DNA of 64,000 nt from an uncultured Phycisphaerales bacterium (GCA_963758525.1 CAVWVQ010000003.1:1056001-1120000); one strand, 5' to 3'; shown: positions 1 through 10,255, counted from the stretch's first letter. Notes: generated by a model from the letters alone, not told the origin. Made by a program: numbers and translations.

Positions 1-2154
1 ATGTGCATCGCCCGTAAACACCACCGATTTGCCCAGACCCGCCTGCCAGTGGCCGAGGATTGGGTCGCTCATCTTCCCGGACACGAGCGGGATGTCCACG
101 CCGGGATCGAACTTTCGGCTCACCAGAACCTGCCCGAACAGCGGCTCAAAAGAACCGATGCCGCGCACCAATTCGTCAGAGGCATCGACCAACCGGACGG
201 GGATGCCGTTCGTGTTTTCCTGAATCAGACTGCGGCGAACGATCTGCGCTTCCTTGATGAAGATTTGCGGAAGCTGATTGGGGGCCTGGTTGATCGGCCC
301 ATACGCCCGGCCATGCGTTCCCTTGGCAAGATCGCTCATCGCCTGGGGGACCGTCGGCGAACTGGGATCCTCGGCAAATGCCGTCACCGTCGAGACGCTG
401 ATCTTGTTGTCCACGCAAGCCTGAATCGTTGCCGGACTGGCGCCGCCCGAATCGCCGTCGCTGATGACGATGACGTGCTTCTGCCGGGCGTTCGATTCGA
501 TCAGCCCTTTGGCGTTCCCCGGGCCGCCCCCTTTGAGGGTCAGCTCGATCGCCTCGTTGAAGTCGGGGAGATCGCCGTCGTGCATCTTCTTGATGGCATA
601 CTTGGCGGTTGTCCCGTCCCCTTTTTCGCGGAGCGGCAGCACCCATTCGCACCCGCCGCCCATCGGGTTGTAATCGACGATCCCCACTTCATCCTGCGCG
701 CTGAGGGCATCGATCGCCTGCAAGGCGCACTGTTCGCCCCAGTACGTCCCCTCGGGAATTTCGCCGGGATCCATCACCAGCACCAGCGCCCCTTTCCCCA
801 CCATCCGCTCGGCCGGAATATCCATGTTCACCGGCAAAATCTTCTCTACTTCCGACCCCGCCCAGCCGCCGGCGCCAAAGGCGTGCTCTCCGCCGATCAT
901 GATCAGGCCGCCTCCGAAATCGTGCACGAAATGGCCGAGCATCGCGTCTTGATCAGTCGTCACGCCGCCCGCCCCCCGCGGCACGTTGTCGAGAATTACC
1001 ACGTCGTAGTCCTGCATGTAGAGCAGGTCGGTGGGAATGCGATCCGCGGTGATCTCATGCAGCTCGATCTTTTCGTCCTTCAGGGAATTGGCCAGCGTCT
1101 GATCGAGATTCCCGCCGGCGTCGTGCGAGTTGTTGACGTACAGCACTTGCCCCTTCCCCCGCACCACGGTGAATGCGTCGCCGGTATTGTTTTGAGCCAG
1201 CGTATCGACCTTTCCCTGTCCCGGATCGGGGATGAACTCCGCGCTGAACCGATGAACCCCCCTGCTGTTCAGCGCCGGCACCTGAATCGTTTTGTGATTC
1301 ATCCCCGGCTGCAGCGTCACCGCGACAGGATGGTCCGTCAGCGGAACATTGCCGTCCCCGGTTTCGTGCGTGACCACGATCTTTCCCGTCACCGGCTTGT
1401 CGTTGGTCGATCGAATATAAACATCGAGACTGAACGGCTCGTTCTCCCGCCGCCACGACGGAGCAACGAGCCGCTCGACCATGATCTCGTTGGTGAGATT
1501 GTACTGGAGCGGGAAAACGTCGATGGGAATGTGCATCGACTCGGCAAGCGTGAGAGCCGCGTTGAGGTCGCCGGCGGTCTGGTTCCCGTCCCACATCAGC
1601 AGGATGCGATGCATCGTGTCCGGCGACATGCTTGCCATCGCCAATTGCAGCGCTGACGCAACATTCGTTCCCGAAGAAGAAACCGGCGTCCCCCGTCCGT
1701 CGAGGCTCAGGGTGCGATCGGCAATCGCTTCCACCAACGGAATCCCCCGAAAACCCACGACGCCGATCTTGTCGTCCGGCTTCTTCCGCTCATCCTTGGC
1801 CAGGGCCATGAAGTATTGATCGATCGACCGCTGCAGCGACGGCCCCGGATACTCCTGCACCATCGTCGTCGAGTCGCTCGCGTCGCGCAGGCAATAGACC
1901 TCGACATTGGTCGCCGCGCTCTGCCAACGCAATCCGCTCAGCAGCGCCACCAGCGTCAACAGCACGGCCAGCCGCACGCCGATCGTCACCCATTTCCGGA
2001 CCCCGGTCATCCCCGTCAACGACCGCAGCCCCAGAAAAAGGACGGGCGTTGCCAGAACCGCAAACGCGATTGCCGCCACCCACCACGAGCAATATTCCAG
2101 ACGGAACGGCAGCGGAACCACGGCAAGCATCAGCGGGAGTTGAGTAGGAGTCAT
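1..2154 (-). CDS. VWA domain-containing membrane protein (two VWA-like domains), runs off left edge
   Basis: Not in ORF track; manual translation from ATG 2154: MTPTQLPLML..TM helices..VYCLRDASDST (MIDAS-like DxSxS), GTNVASAL, ILLMWDGNQT, later KHVIVISDGD. ORF 1..1656+ is its antisense shadow. Confidence 0.8.
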   Translation of the reverse strand, partial: MTPTQLPLMLAVVPLPFRLEYCSWWVAAIAFAVLATPVLFLGLRSLTGMTGVRKWVTIGVRLAVLLTLVALLSGLRWQSAATNVEVYCLRDASDSTTMVQEYPGPSLQRSIDQYFMALAKDERKKPDDKIGVVGFRGIPLVEAIADRTLSLDGRGTPVSSSGTNVASALQLAMASMSPDTMHRILLMWDGNQTAGDLNAALTLAESMHIPIDVFPLQYNLTNEIMVERLVAPSWRRENEPFSLDVYIRSTNDKPVTGKIVVTHETGDGNVPLTDHPVAVTLQPGMNHKTIQVPALNSRGVHRFSAEFIPDPGQGKVDTLAQNNTGDAFTVVRGKGQVLYVNNSHDAGGNLDQTLANSLKDEKIELHEITADRIPTDLLYMQDYDVVILDNVPRGAGGVTTDQDAMLGHFVHDFGGGLIMIGGEHAFGAGGWAGSEVEKILPVNMDIPAERMVGKGALVLVMDPGEIPEGTYWGEQCALQAIDALSAQDEVGIVDYNPMGGGCEWVLPLREKGDGTTAKYAIKKMHDGDLPDFNEAIELTLKGGGPGNAKGLIESNARQKHVIVISDGDSGGASPATIQACVDNKISVSTVTAFAEDPSSPTVPQAMSDLAKGTHGRAYGPINQAPNQLPQIFIKEAQIVRRSLIQENTNGIPVRLVDASDELVRGIGSFEPLFGQVLVSRKFDPGVDIPLVSGKMSDPILGHWQAGLGKSVVFTGDAH

Positions 2155-2253
2155 TCGGCATCCGCCCCGCAGCATCCACCGACAGTTCGAGCACCGCCAC
2201 AACCATCAGTCATCAGCAATAACCCGCATTATAGACCCACCCGCACGCGACGC

Positions 2254-2323
2254 CATCCTCTGCCGAGCATCCTCTGGCGGACATCCCCTGCGAACATCCC
2301 CTGTCGGACATCCTCTGTCGACA
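2254..2323. repeat. Five tandem 13-14 bp units, core CATCCYCTG
   Basis: catcctctgccgag/catcctctggcgga/catcccctgcgaa/catcccctgtcgga/catcctctgtcgac. Confidence 0.85.
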
Positions 2324-2370
2324 GGGCAACGACAGTTACTACTGCTCCGAAAAGAGATGTGGGAGACCAA

Positions 2371-2485
2371 GAAATGGCCAAGGCCCAATGGCCAACAAAA
2401 TCCCAAATCGCAATGACCAATGGGAGAACCAGCCTTGGGACTTGGACTCTTGGTGCTTTGTTGGCCATTGGGCCTTGGACATTTC
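2371..2485. repeat. Long inverted repeat with ~7-nt periodic arms (REP/MITE-like)
   Basis: 2371-2399 gaaatggccaaggcccaatggccaacaaa pairs with 2457-2485 tttgttggccattgggccttggacatttc (1 mismatch). Confidence 0.85.
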
Positions 2486-2533
2486 TGCTCTGAAAGGAGA
2501 CGCTACCCAATGCCAGACGCGACCCCATTTTCA

Positions 2534-2588
2534 TTCTCTCTGGGCGTGGCGCCCTCATGAAAACTCGGGGAGAGGGCCGGGGTGAGGG
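2534..2588. repeat. Degenerate REP-like unit ending GGGAGAGGGCCGGGGTGAGGG
   Basis: Same sequence style as the repeats flanking DUF559 at 47259/47702. Confidence 0.5.
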
Positions 2589-2708
2589 TGATTTCGAACG
2601 CCGAGAAACTTTGATAGTCGAAATCACCCCGGAGTTGCAGAAGGCATTCACCAGCCCGAGGGACAAAAGAAACGATGTTTTGCGCGGCCCCGTGCTTCTG
2701 ATGGCTCG

Positions 2709-2736
2709 CCTCGGTGTCTCCGTGCCTCCGTGGTGA
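2709..2736. repeat. Short ~9-nt periodic repeat cctcggtgt/ctccgtgc/ctccgtggtga
   Basis: Direct reading; similar periodic elements at 14806 and 45548. Confidence 0.5.
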
Positions 2737-2799
2737 ACTCTTTTTGGCCTCGGGCATGAAACTCCAAAGCCTCGTCGCATGACGTCTGCAGCACGCTGG

Positions 2800-4383
2800 C
2801 TACTTCGCGGGATCGATCGAACTCTTGGGATTCCAATCATCGGTGCGGAAGGGCGAGCCAGGAAGGCCGTTCTTGTTATAAAGGTTGGCCAGCGGACTCT
2901 GCGCCCACGCGTAGCGTACAGCTGTCGGGCTGGGCACCTGCTCGCTCGAAACCACCACGGTGTTCCCGTCGATGGCTGCCAGCGCCTCGACCCACTTGTG
3001 GTCCGCGCCCGCGATCAGGAAGCCCTGCAACTTCGTGAGGGACGGGGTGATCTTCGCTTTCGGGTCTTTCCATGGCGAACTGCCGATCACAAGTCCCTCG
3101 CCGATGGTGTCCGGCCGAAAGCGGATGCGGATGCGGGCGCCTTCCACCTTCATCGAATCGTAGAGCGGCCCGGAGCAGGCGACGTTTTCTCCATAAGCGA
3201 TGTGCCGCGCCAGCAGCGACAGGCGCAAACCCACGTCCGCCTTGTCGGGCGGGTGAATGAAATAGGGCGTCCCGATGTCGAGGGTTACAGCCATGCCGGT
3301 CTTGGGCAGCGAAAGCGTCCTGAGCTGCGCCTCGCGCACGAGGGGCCAGTTGTCCCTGTAGCGCTGCGCAAGGTTCGCGAGCTGGACGTAGAGGAACGGG
3401 AAATCACCCTCCTTCCAACGCGTTCGCCAGCCGGTGATCATCGCCGGAAACAGTCTGGCGTATTCCAGGGCCGACGCGGGCGCGGCGTTGTCCTCCCCCT
3501 GGTACCAGATCACCCCCTTGATCGCGAAGGGGATGATGGGGTTGATCATCGCGTTGAAAAGGCTGCTGGGGATCGTGGGTCCGTAGCCTCTTCTCAGCAG
3601 CGAGCCGCCCGGCTTTTCCCCGGGCTTTGATTGCGCCGCCACCTGCGCGGCGAAATCCCTGTCGCCGCCGGGATATTTCGCCGCGACCTTCTGCTGCTCC
3701 TCCACATAGTGATGGAAATCCGGGTCGGACTGCAGGGTGGCCGGATCCGTCCAGACCTGCGCGGCGGTCCCACCCCACGCAGCCTCGATCAGCCCCACGG
3801 GCCGCTTGAGCACGGCACGCAGGTGCTTGCCAAAGTAATAGCCCACGGCGCTGAACTTGCCGACCGTCTCTGGCGTGCAAACTTCCCAGATGTCCGCCGC
3901 TGGCGTCGTCGGCGAGATGTCGTCGCGCGGAGCCAGCGCAAAATTCGGCGGCACCATGCAGAGGCGAAGCTGATTGTCGTTTGCCTGCGCCGCCGCCGCT
4001 GCCGCGTTGTCCGTCTTGGTGAGCGGCAGTTCCATGTTCGACTGACCGGAACAGAGCCAGACCTCACCCACGAGCACGTCGCTGAGGGTGATCGTGTTGC
4101 TCGCGGCAACCGTCAACGTCCCGGCGGCCGTTCCCGCCGGCAGCGCGGGAAGATCGATCCGCCACTTGCCGTCGGACCCAGCGGTTGTCTCCGCCCTCTC
4201 GTTGCGGAAAGTGACGATTACTTTTTCCTGCGGATTGGCCCAGCCCCAGACAGGAAGCGTCGCCCCTTGTTGAAGCACCATGTGGTCGCCGAAAATGCCC
4301 GGCAACCGCACGTCGGCATGGACAACCGAGGTTAGCAGAGAAAGAATGATGGGGAAGATAAATCGGCTTGAAAAGAAACACAT
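2800..4383 (-). CDS. Sialate O-acetylesterase (SGNH family)
   Basis: LPGIFGDHMVLQQ, GEVWLCSGQSNM, KGVIWYQGE, IHPPDK, AVRYAW; signal-like N-terminus; start uncertain. Confidence 0.92.
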   Translation of the reverse strand: MCFFSSRFIFPIILSLLTSVVHADVRLPGIFGDHMVLQQGATLPVWGWANPQEKVIVTFRNERAETTAGSDGKWRIDLPALPAGTAAGTLTVAASNTITLSDVLVGEVWLCSGQSNMELPLTKTDNAAAAAAQANDNQLRLCMVPPNFALAPRDDISPTTPAADIWEVCTPETVGKFSAVGYYFGKHLRAVLKRPVGLIEAAWGGTAAQVWTDPATLQSDPDFHHYVEEQQKVAAKYPGGDRDFAAQVAAQSKPGEKPGGSLLRRGYGPTIPSSLFNAMINPIIPFAIKGVIWYQGEDNAAPASALEYARLFPAMITGWRTRWKEGDFPFLYVQLANLAQRYRDNWPLVREAQLRTLSLPKTGMAVTLDIGTPYFIHPPDKADVGLRLSLLARHIAYGENVACSGPLYDSMKVEGARIRIRFRPDTIGEGLVIGSSPWKDPKAKITPSLTKLQGFLIAGADHKWVEALAAIDGNTVVVSSEQVPSPTAVRYAWAQSPLANLYNKNGLPGSPFRTDDWNPKSSIDPAK

Positions 4384-4493
4384 AGATTTAATTTGGGAAG
4401 ACTTCTTAACGACGGCTATTCCCCCGCATAATCTGCGGCGACGGACCATCTTCGCAGCGCGGCTGCTGGTTGGGAAGAGGCGGATTGTCCCGG

Positions 4494-4972
4494 TCACGCC
4501 GCTGAGGTTTGTGCCAACGCGGCGAGGGCGGCGTCAACATCGCGGCGTTGTTTGGGTGAAAGGTGTTCGCCCTCGCGTCGAAGCAGGTCGCGCATGACGG
4601 AGGGGAACTCGCAGGCGCGGAGCAACTGATCGTAGGCTTTGTCCTGAAGGCTGCCGCCTTCGTAACGGGCTAGCGTGGCGGGGCTGGTGCCAAGCAGGGT
4701 AGCGAATCCATCCTGGCTAAGAGCATACTTTTCGCGAATAGCGCGGATTTGCTGCGGCGAAAGAAGCCCATGACGTTGGCGGTATTCGGCATAGAGCCTG
4801 ACCGTCGGATCGCCGAAGCCTTCCTCGATCACCGATTCACCGCAATTCAGGCAGATCAGGCGGGGGACATCCAGGGCAATTTTTTCTCCTCGGACTTCGT
4901 ACTCTTCGCGCACCGTTTGGCGCGAGCCTCACGATCTACTTCACATATCGGGCAATAAATTGTTCTGCTCAT
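4494..4972 (-). CDS. MqsA-family antitoxin (Zn ribbon + XRE HTH), 1-bp frameshift near 4918
   Basis: MSRTIYCPICE from ATG 4972 (overlaps toxin stop) joins the VRGEKI..CLNCGE..IRAIREKYALSQDGFATLLG..LARYEGG frame if one A is restored. Confidence 0.85.
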
Positions 4973-5310
4973 GATCCACCACCTTTCAGTGGATAAGCCA
5001 GGGGGTGCTCGGCGGGGTGAAAGCTGCGCACAACCGGTCGAGAAAATGGCCTTTTCGGATCGAGGCGGAGCTTGACGTACACGTCGATGCCGCTTTCAAC
5101 ACAGCCAAAAATCCAGACCTCCTTGCCGTCCTCATCCCTGTCCATTTCAGGGCCCAGGCAAAAATCTCCCGGGCGCAGCGAGCAAATACGCTCAATGGCC
5201 TGGGCTTGAGTCATATTCAGAGCCACCAAGCCTTGAATGTTCTTTGGCGTTTGTCGGAACTCAACCTTCGATCCGAACTCCACGCAGACACGGCTTGTGA
5301 CCCGGGTCAC
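4969..5310 (-). CDS. MqsR-like toxin, probably 5'-truncated
   Basis: KNIQGLVALNMT..DFCLGPEMD..VWIFG..VYVKLRL..SFHPAEHPL; coupled to antitoxin; start lies inside RAYT end motif. Confidence 0.75.
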   Translation of the reverse strand: MTRVTSRVCVEFGSKVEFRQTPKNIQGLVALNMTQAQAIERICSLRPGDFCLGPEMDRDEDGKEVWIFGCVESGIDVYVKLRLDPKRPFSRPVVRSFHPAEHPLAYPLKGGGS

Positions 5311-5323
5311 AAGGTCACAAGCC
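5292..5323. repeat. Downstream end motif of RAYT-1 (GGTCACAAGCC), partly duplicated and inverted
   Basis: ggcttgtgacccgggtcacaaggtcacaagcc; perfect 20-bp palindrome 5294-5313; inverted relative to 6073 motif. Confidence 0.8.
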
Positions 5324-5344
5324 TATTGCCGCCACGGTTTGCCT

Positions 5345-6037
5345 TCAGCCTTTTCTCGGCGACTTCGATTTCGGCGGTCGGCCGATGGGGCGCAATGAAC
5401 TTTCCGTGCCCAGCGCCCGGGCCGTCCGTTGCGACCAGCGATCATCGCCGTAAGGCCGCCCACGATCAATCGCGCGGCGCAGTGCAGCCAACTCTTCCTC
5501 GGTTTCCGCCCGGTTCAGCAGGGCGGTCCATCTCACGGGTCTTTCCACCGGCCATGCGGTCAGCATCGGAGCGACCGAACAGCTGCGGTCGTCCCTGGCC
5601 CACAGCGAATTCCACCGCCAGTCCTGCGCCTTCGCCACCAGATCGGCCCGCAAGGCATTGCGCTCCACGTACCGGCAGACACTCAGAAAATGACCGTCCT
5701 GCTGAATCGGAAAACTCCGGAACCGGCCCTGGTACAGATGCCCGCGCCCCACGCTGTGGCGATGGGCATGCCAGCGGGCCGCGTGGGTCATGGTCAGCCA
5801 TTGCATAAACCGCGATAACTGGCCGTCGGTTTTGGGCCATAGCACCAAATGGAAATGATTGGGCATGAGGCAATACGCGCAGAGCCGCATTCCCCGGTGT
5901 ACATCCAGCGCCTCGACCAGCACCTTCTCGAACGCCTGGTAGTCCCCGGCATCCTCGAACAGCTTGAGCTTTCCTGGCGCGCGGTTCATCACATGATACG
6001 CCAGGCCGCCAGGGGAGAAGCGAGGTTTGCGAGCCAT
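5345..6037 (-). mobile_element. REP-associated tyrosine (HUH/Y1) transposase, RAYT-1
   Basis: YHVMNRA, AYCLMPNHFHL (HUH), GHLYQGRFRS, RYVERNA (catalytic Y), WRWNS. Confidence 0.93.
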
Positions 6038-6072
6038 CAACCCAGTGTATCAGCCCATCAATCGCAAGGAAA

Positions 6073-6092
6073 GGCTTATGACCCCCTTTCTT
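6073..6092 (-). repeat. Upstream end motif of RAYT-1 (AAGAAAGGGGGTCATAAGCC)
   Basis: GGTCAYAAGCC shared with 5313-5323, 29756 and 45496. Confidence 0.8.
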
Positions 6093-6688
6093 CACTCGCG
6101 GCGACGTTTCCCGCCGCGGATTACTCGGCCGACACTGTCGGCGCAATCCGCAAATCACTGAAGGCAGCGATGGTAAGCGAGGGCTTGTTTTCCGATGAGG
6201 CGGACGCGCTGCTGAACACATGGGAAACCTCTTACTTTCGACGTCCCGGACTGCGACTGTTCTTTCTGTGCCCCGACGACTGGACGAACCGCGTGTTGCC
6301 TTTGCATCTGTCGGTTGATGCCGATATCAAGCGCGTCATGATCGGGCGAATCGAGATTGTGACGCCCGAGCAGCGCCAACTGCTCTCCCGCATCGCCACG
6401 GGACCGGCCTCCAATGCCGGCCAATGGAACTGGGTCTCCGATGCTCTGAAGCAGGCGGGCGGCGGGCGCGACGACTATTACCGTGAGGACTGGTACCTGG
6501 GCGCGATAGACGGACGCACCAGCTTGCAGAGTCTGCACGTCCAGATGCCCGATGACTATCGCGAGTACCTGCAACTCGGCCGCTTCCGCAATACGCTGAT
6601 CCTGGACGAAGCCCATCGCCGCCCAACTACCGCGTTAACGGCTTTCATCGATAATTACTCGCTTGAGGCAACCGGGGGGAAGCGGTGA
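6093..6688 (+). pseudogene. 3' fragment of a conserved-looking hypothetical protein, cut at RAYT-1 end
   Basis: Protein-like frame LVSEGL-type MVSEGLFSDEADALLNTWETSYF..RVMIGRIE begins right at the motif with no start/RBS. Confidence 0.6.
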
Positions 6689-6745
6689 TCCATCGAGCCT
6701 GTCTATTTCCGGGAGAGCCATGCTCCGAATCTGTTTGGTGGGAAG

Positions 6746-7092
6746 AACTAGGTGACGCGAGTCTTAATATCGCGCATGCCACGTCAGTTTTGCCCTTTCA
6801 GCTTGCTTTTTGGCTTCCGCCATCCCGGCGGACGGCCGCGGGGGCGGAGGCTCTGCTGCAAGTGTAGCTTCTGGGCCGTCCGCTGCACCCATGGCGGGCT
6901 TCCAAAGGGACGGGAACGCTCGATGCTGAGCGTCACCGCCTTCTCCTCTGCCGCCGTCTGCGGCTGGTTCACCAGTTCCAGCCAACCGCAGGGCCGATCG
7001 ATCGGCCAATCCGAAAGCAGGGACGCCAGCGCGTGGCCGCGATGCTGCCGGGCAAAACAGCTTCCCCATCGCCACTCCTCGGCCCGCTCCAC
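6746..7092 (-). mobile_element. RAYT C-terminal remnant plus end motif ATATTAAGACTCGCGTCACC
   Basis: VERAEEWRWGS..WPIDRP..RPFGSPPWV..SLRPRGRP aligns with the C-terminal half of both intact RAYTs. Confidence 0.85.
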
Positions 7093-7147
7093 CAGGCTCT
7101 GTCTGAAAACCCTAAGTCCTCACGACGCCTCAGAATGGCTTTGGCCG

Positions 7148-7582
7148 CTAGGAGTTCATCGCCTGCTGTGCTGTGTCGACCCTAGACATTCGTCCCACCC
7201 AAGCGTTGCGCAGTATTTCATCGCTTCTTTTCTCCGCTGTCGGCCATTCCATCTCCAACTGTCCGAGAAGTGCAAGGACAACGACAAGAAATCGCTTTAT
7301 GCCGGGAGAACCACGATTCATCTCCCGGGTAAGGCGCTGAAGCGACTGGTCGAGGCTTGAAGTATCATTGATGTACGGCAAGAAAAACTCGTACGTGGCA
7401 ACCTTGAGTGCAGCAGCGAGCTTGTCGATGGCATCGAACGATGGGACTTTCTGCCCCCGCTCAATTTCCGCAATGTGCTTGTAGCCAACCGAAGCCGCTC
7501 TGCCCAACTGCTCCAAGGTCAACCCCCGGCTCTTGCGAAGCAGTCGTAATCTCCGGCCGAACGTAATTTTGGCGGTTTCCAT
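7148..7582 (-). CDS. XRE-family HTH transcriptional regulator
   Basis: FGRRLRLLRKSRGLTLEQLG..HIAEIERGQKVPSFDAIDKLAAAL. Confidence 0.88.
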   Translation of the reverse strand: METAKITFGRRLRLLRKSRGLTLEQLGRAASVGYKHIAEIERGQKVPSFDAIDKLAAALKVATYEFFLPYINDTSSLDQSLQRLTREMNRGSPGIKRFLVVVLALLGQLEMEWPTAEKRSDEILRNAWVGRMSRVDTAQQAMNS

Positions 7583-7922
7583 CAGTGAAGCGCCGATGGT
7601 ACGGAGCACCGCAATTTGAATAACTATCCAACGGATGCCATTTGTATTGATTTTTCTATCCAATGGACGTAACTTACCCGCGCTCTATCGCTGCCGGGGC
7701 AGCATCGCCACTGGCGGCGCGTATTTCCGTTCAACTGCCCTCAAAGGGACGGGGGCGTGGCGGTAGGGTTGAAGCTCAAGTCAATTCGCTGATCTTAGCA
7801 AATTCTGATACGCCAGCGGGGAGGATTTTGAGTAGTTGCTCACTGCGGCGGATGAACGGAGCCGGAAATGCAATCGGAGTGACGAACTTCGGTGGCTAGC
7901 GGAGACAAAGGAGGAGCCCAGT

Positions 7923-9437
7923 ATGAAATGGTTCAAATCGGCGTTCACGTTGACTTTCGCCGGGATCGTATTCGCATCTGGCTGCAGCAAACGCGAGAGC
8001 TCGCAACAGCCAGCGGCGGCAGCGGCAACTGGAGCCGCGGCACCCCAAACACAACCGAAGGAAGCGACCGGCGAAACAGCACAGGCGCCAGTGGTTCCCG
8101 CGCGGGATGTGCCTCGCGAAGCGGAAGTGCGGTTAGTCAAAGCGCTGCAAGAGGATGATTTCGAGGCTATCTACAAGAACGATTCGCGCGCTCAATCGCA
8201 CGAAAAGGAAGTTCGTGCCAACCAACCGGTCTTCGCACAAGAGAAGCTGCTTGCTGACTCGCATGACGCGGCGAAGCGAGAATTTCGGTCTGAACCGCTG
8301 GGGCAATTCGCCGCGCCCTACGTTGAATTGGCAAACCTGCTTGAGTTCATGCCCTCGGTCGAGTTCGTTGAGGAGAAGGCGCGCGAGGACGTTACCGACG
8401 TGTACGTCCGGTTCAAGTTCCGCTCACCGGACTCGGGTCCGCTGATCAGGACGCGCGACGGCGATGTCCAATTTGCAGTGGTCCGGGAGGAGGTGGGCAA
8501 GCTGTCGTTCAATCAAGATGGGGCTTTCGTAGGATATGAACCGGTCCTCGAGTTCCGCCAGCTATTTCCCGTGGTGCCCCATATCCTATGTATCTATTAT
8601 GACTATCCGTTCCACATGGGTGCCCCTCCGAAAAACGAGTACGACTGCTTCATTCTTGCTTCCGCAACGCCGTCGAAATGGGGAGCCAGCCGACTGAACG
8701 GCGAGCAACTGGCAACCCCGTCGAATACCCATTTTATTGCCACTTCGCCCGGCGAATACATCGTCTCGGCTACTTTCACGAACGCCGCCGGGGTCAATAA
8801 CACTGAGTACGTGTCATTCAAGTTGAGTGACGACAGCCAGCATCTCACTTCGCATTTCGTGCGCCAGTTTTGCCATTCCCGGTGGAAGCAAGCGTCGATT
8901 AAAGCCCTTGGGATGGCGCTCTTCGATCGATTCCCTATGAGTGACGACCCAGTCGCTGTGGTGGACCCCCACGGCAATCCAAGGTACATCTCCCCACAGC
9001 CGGACGCACCACCAACGCTAAGCGAGGATGAAGCGCGCGCGAAAAGCGCCAAAAATCTTACGCGGATAGGACTTGTAGCGCAGATGTATTCAAACTCGAA
9101 AGGCAGGCTCCCTAACAACTTTGCGGAACTCGTTCCGGAAGATGATGGAGCCTCCGTTACAACGTTTCTCAATCCACGGCTGCGCACCACAGGCCCGACT
9201 GCGGACGCTATGAGCGATCAGGAAAGAGGGGAATGGGCCGACGCACATGGCGATTACGTGTGGGTTGGTGGGGGAAGGACGGATTTCGGAACCGCCGCCA
9301 CTCTGTTGGCATACGAAAAACCCGAAGGACTGAAGGACGGCATTAACATGCTTTACGGCGACGGACATGTGACATTTCAGGATATGCAGACGGCCAGACA
9401 ACAGATCGAAGCCGCGCACCAGAAAGTGTCGAACTGA
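7923..9437 (+). CDS. Lipoprotein with C-terminal H-X9-DG/DUF1559-like domain
   Basis: RBS GGAGG, lipobox ASGC; AKSAKNLTRIGLVAQMY..GRLP..LLAYEKP..GINMLYGDGHV. Confidence 0.7.
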   Translation: MKWFKSAFTLTFAGIVFASGCSKRESSQQPAAAAATGAAAPQTQPKEATGETAQAPVVPARDVPREAEVRLVKALQEDDFEAIYKNDSRAQSHEKEVRANQPVFAQEKLLADSHDAAKREFRSEPLGQFAAPYVELANLLEFMPSVEFVEEKAREDVTDVYVRFKFRSPDSGPLIRTRDGDVQFAVVREEVGKLSFNQDGAFVGYEPVLEFRQLFPVVPHILCIYYDYPFHMGAPPKNEYDCFILASATPSKWGASRLNGEQLATPSNTHFIATSPGEYIVSATFTNAAGVNNTEYVSFKLSDDSQHLTSHFVRQFCHSRWKQASIKALGMALFDRFPMSDDPVAVVDPHGNPRYISPQPDAPPTLSEDEARAKSAKNLTRIGLVAQMYSNSKGRLPNNFAELVPEDDGASVTTFLNPRLRTTGPTADAMSDQERGEWADAHGDYVWVGGGRTDFGTAATLLAYEKPEGLKDGINMLYGDGHVTFQDMQTARQQIEAAHQKVSN

Positions 9438-9535
9438 TTCCCATTGGTCTGTAGCGAGATAGCATCTCGGGGCGATGCAAACCGGTCGCGAACCTGGCGC
9501 GGGCCGACAACGTCAACTTAGGAAGGAAAACAATT

Positions 9536-9886
9536 ATGAACGCTCGGCTTTATACTCTGCTGCTGATCGGTGCGCTTGCGATGAGCGGATGCGCCTCGAA
9601 CGGAGCGGATTTCAACTCGGACAAGGTTGCCGACATCCACAAGGGCACTACTACCGAACCTCAACTGATTTCGATGTTCGGGGAGCCGAACCAGCGGAGC
9701 ATCGATTCGGACGCCCGCACACGTCTGGTCTGGTTCTACGCTCATGCCCACGTCACTGCCTCAAGCTTCTTCTTTCATGGCGGCGGTGCTAAGACTCAAA
9801 AGACACTAACGGTGACGCTCAAAGATGGGTTAGTGACCGATTATTCGTTAGCAGAAGGAGGATCGGGTGCGCGGGTGGGCTCGTAA
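9536..9886 (+). CDS. BamE/SmpA-like small lipoprotein
   Basis: Lipobox MSGC; IHKGTTTEPQLISMFGEP..WFY..LTVTLKDGLVTDY. Confidence 0.7.
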   Translation: MNARLYTLLLIGALAMSGCASNGADFNSDKVADIHKGTTTEPQLISMFGEPNQRSIDSDARTRLVWFYAHAHVTASSFFFHGGGAKTQKTLTVTLKDGLVTDYSLAEGGSGARVGS

Positions 9887-9985
9887 CAGTCGTGGGCACT
9901 CAGATCGCTTCCCGTTTCTTTTGGCCCACGCTCCTTCGGGAGAGAGGCACCGGCAGGGATAGGGTGGGGGATCCCCCAGCAGCAC

Positions 9986-10007
9986 AAAAACACCCCGCTT
10001 CGGGGTG
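9986..10007 (-). terminator. Possible intrinsic terminator
   Basis: caccccg-ctt-cggggtg stem with adjacent A5 (U tract on minus strand). Confidence 0.5.
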
Positions 10008-10212
10008 CCTCGTGGAATAGCCGTTATTGCTCCATCTTTCTACATTCCCAACAGACGGCACTTCGGAACTCGTTCCTCTACCAACGCCTCTCGTTCGGGC
10101 TGGCGCCGATATGGTTGTCCGGTAACCTGACGGTCAACGTCAAAAGCACTCGCCGCGACGGCCCGCCGGTAATCGATCGGCTGGATCCAGATCGCGCCGA
10201 GCGGGTTGTCAG

Positions 10213-10255
10213 TTATCACTTCAAATGCCACCACCGATTATCACTTCAAATGCCA
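10213..10255. repeat. 18-bp direct repeat TTATCACTTCAAATGCCA x2
   Basis: 10213-10230 and 10238-10255; shares TATCACTTC with the RAYT-2 flank. Confidence 0.85.

Noticed and set aside
1..1656. 551-aa plus-strand ORF and other long antisense ORFs (e.g. 55679..57190, 62171..63562)
   Set aside because: Shadows of GC-rich genes on the opposite strand
5294..5313. 20-bp palindrome as MqsA operator
   Set aside because: Better explained as RAYT-1 end motifs matching 6073-6083
5849..6688. 279-aa gene
   Set aside because: N-terminal third is antisense RAYT-1; only 6093 onward looks protein-like
10040..10212. Replication-relaxation protein C-terminal fragment
   Set aside because: Resemblance too weak to call
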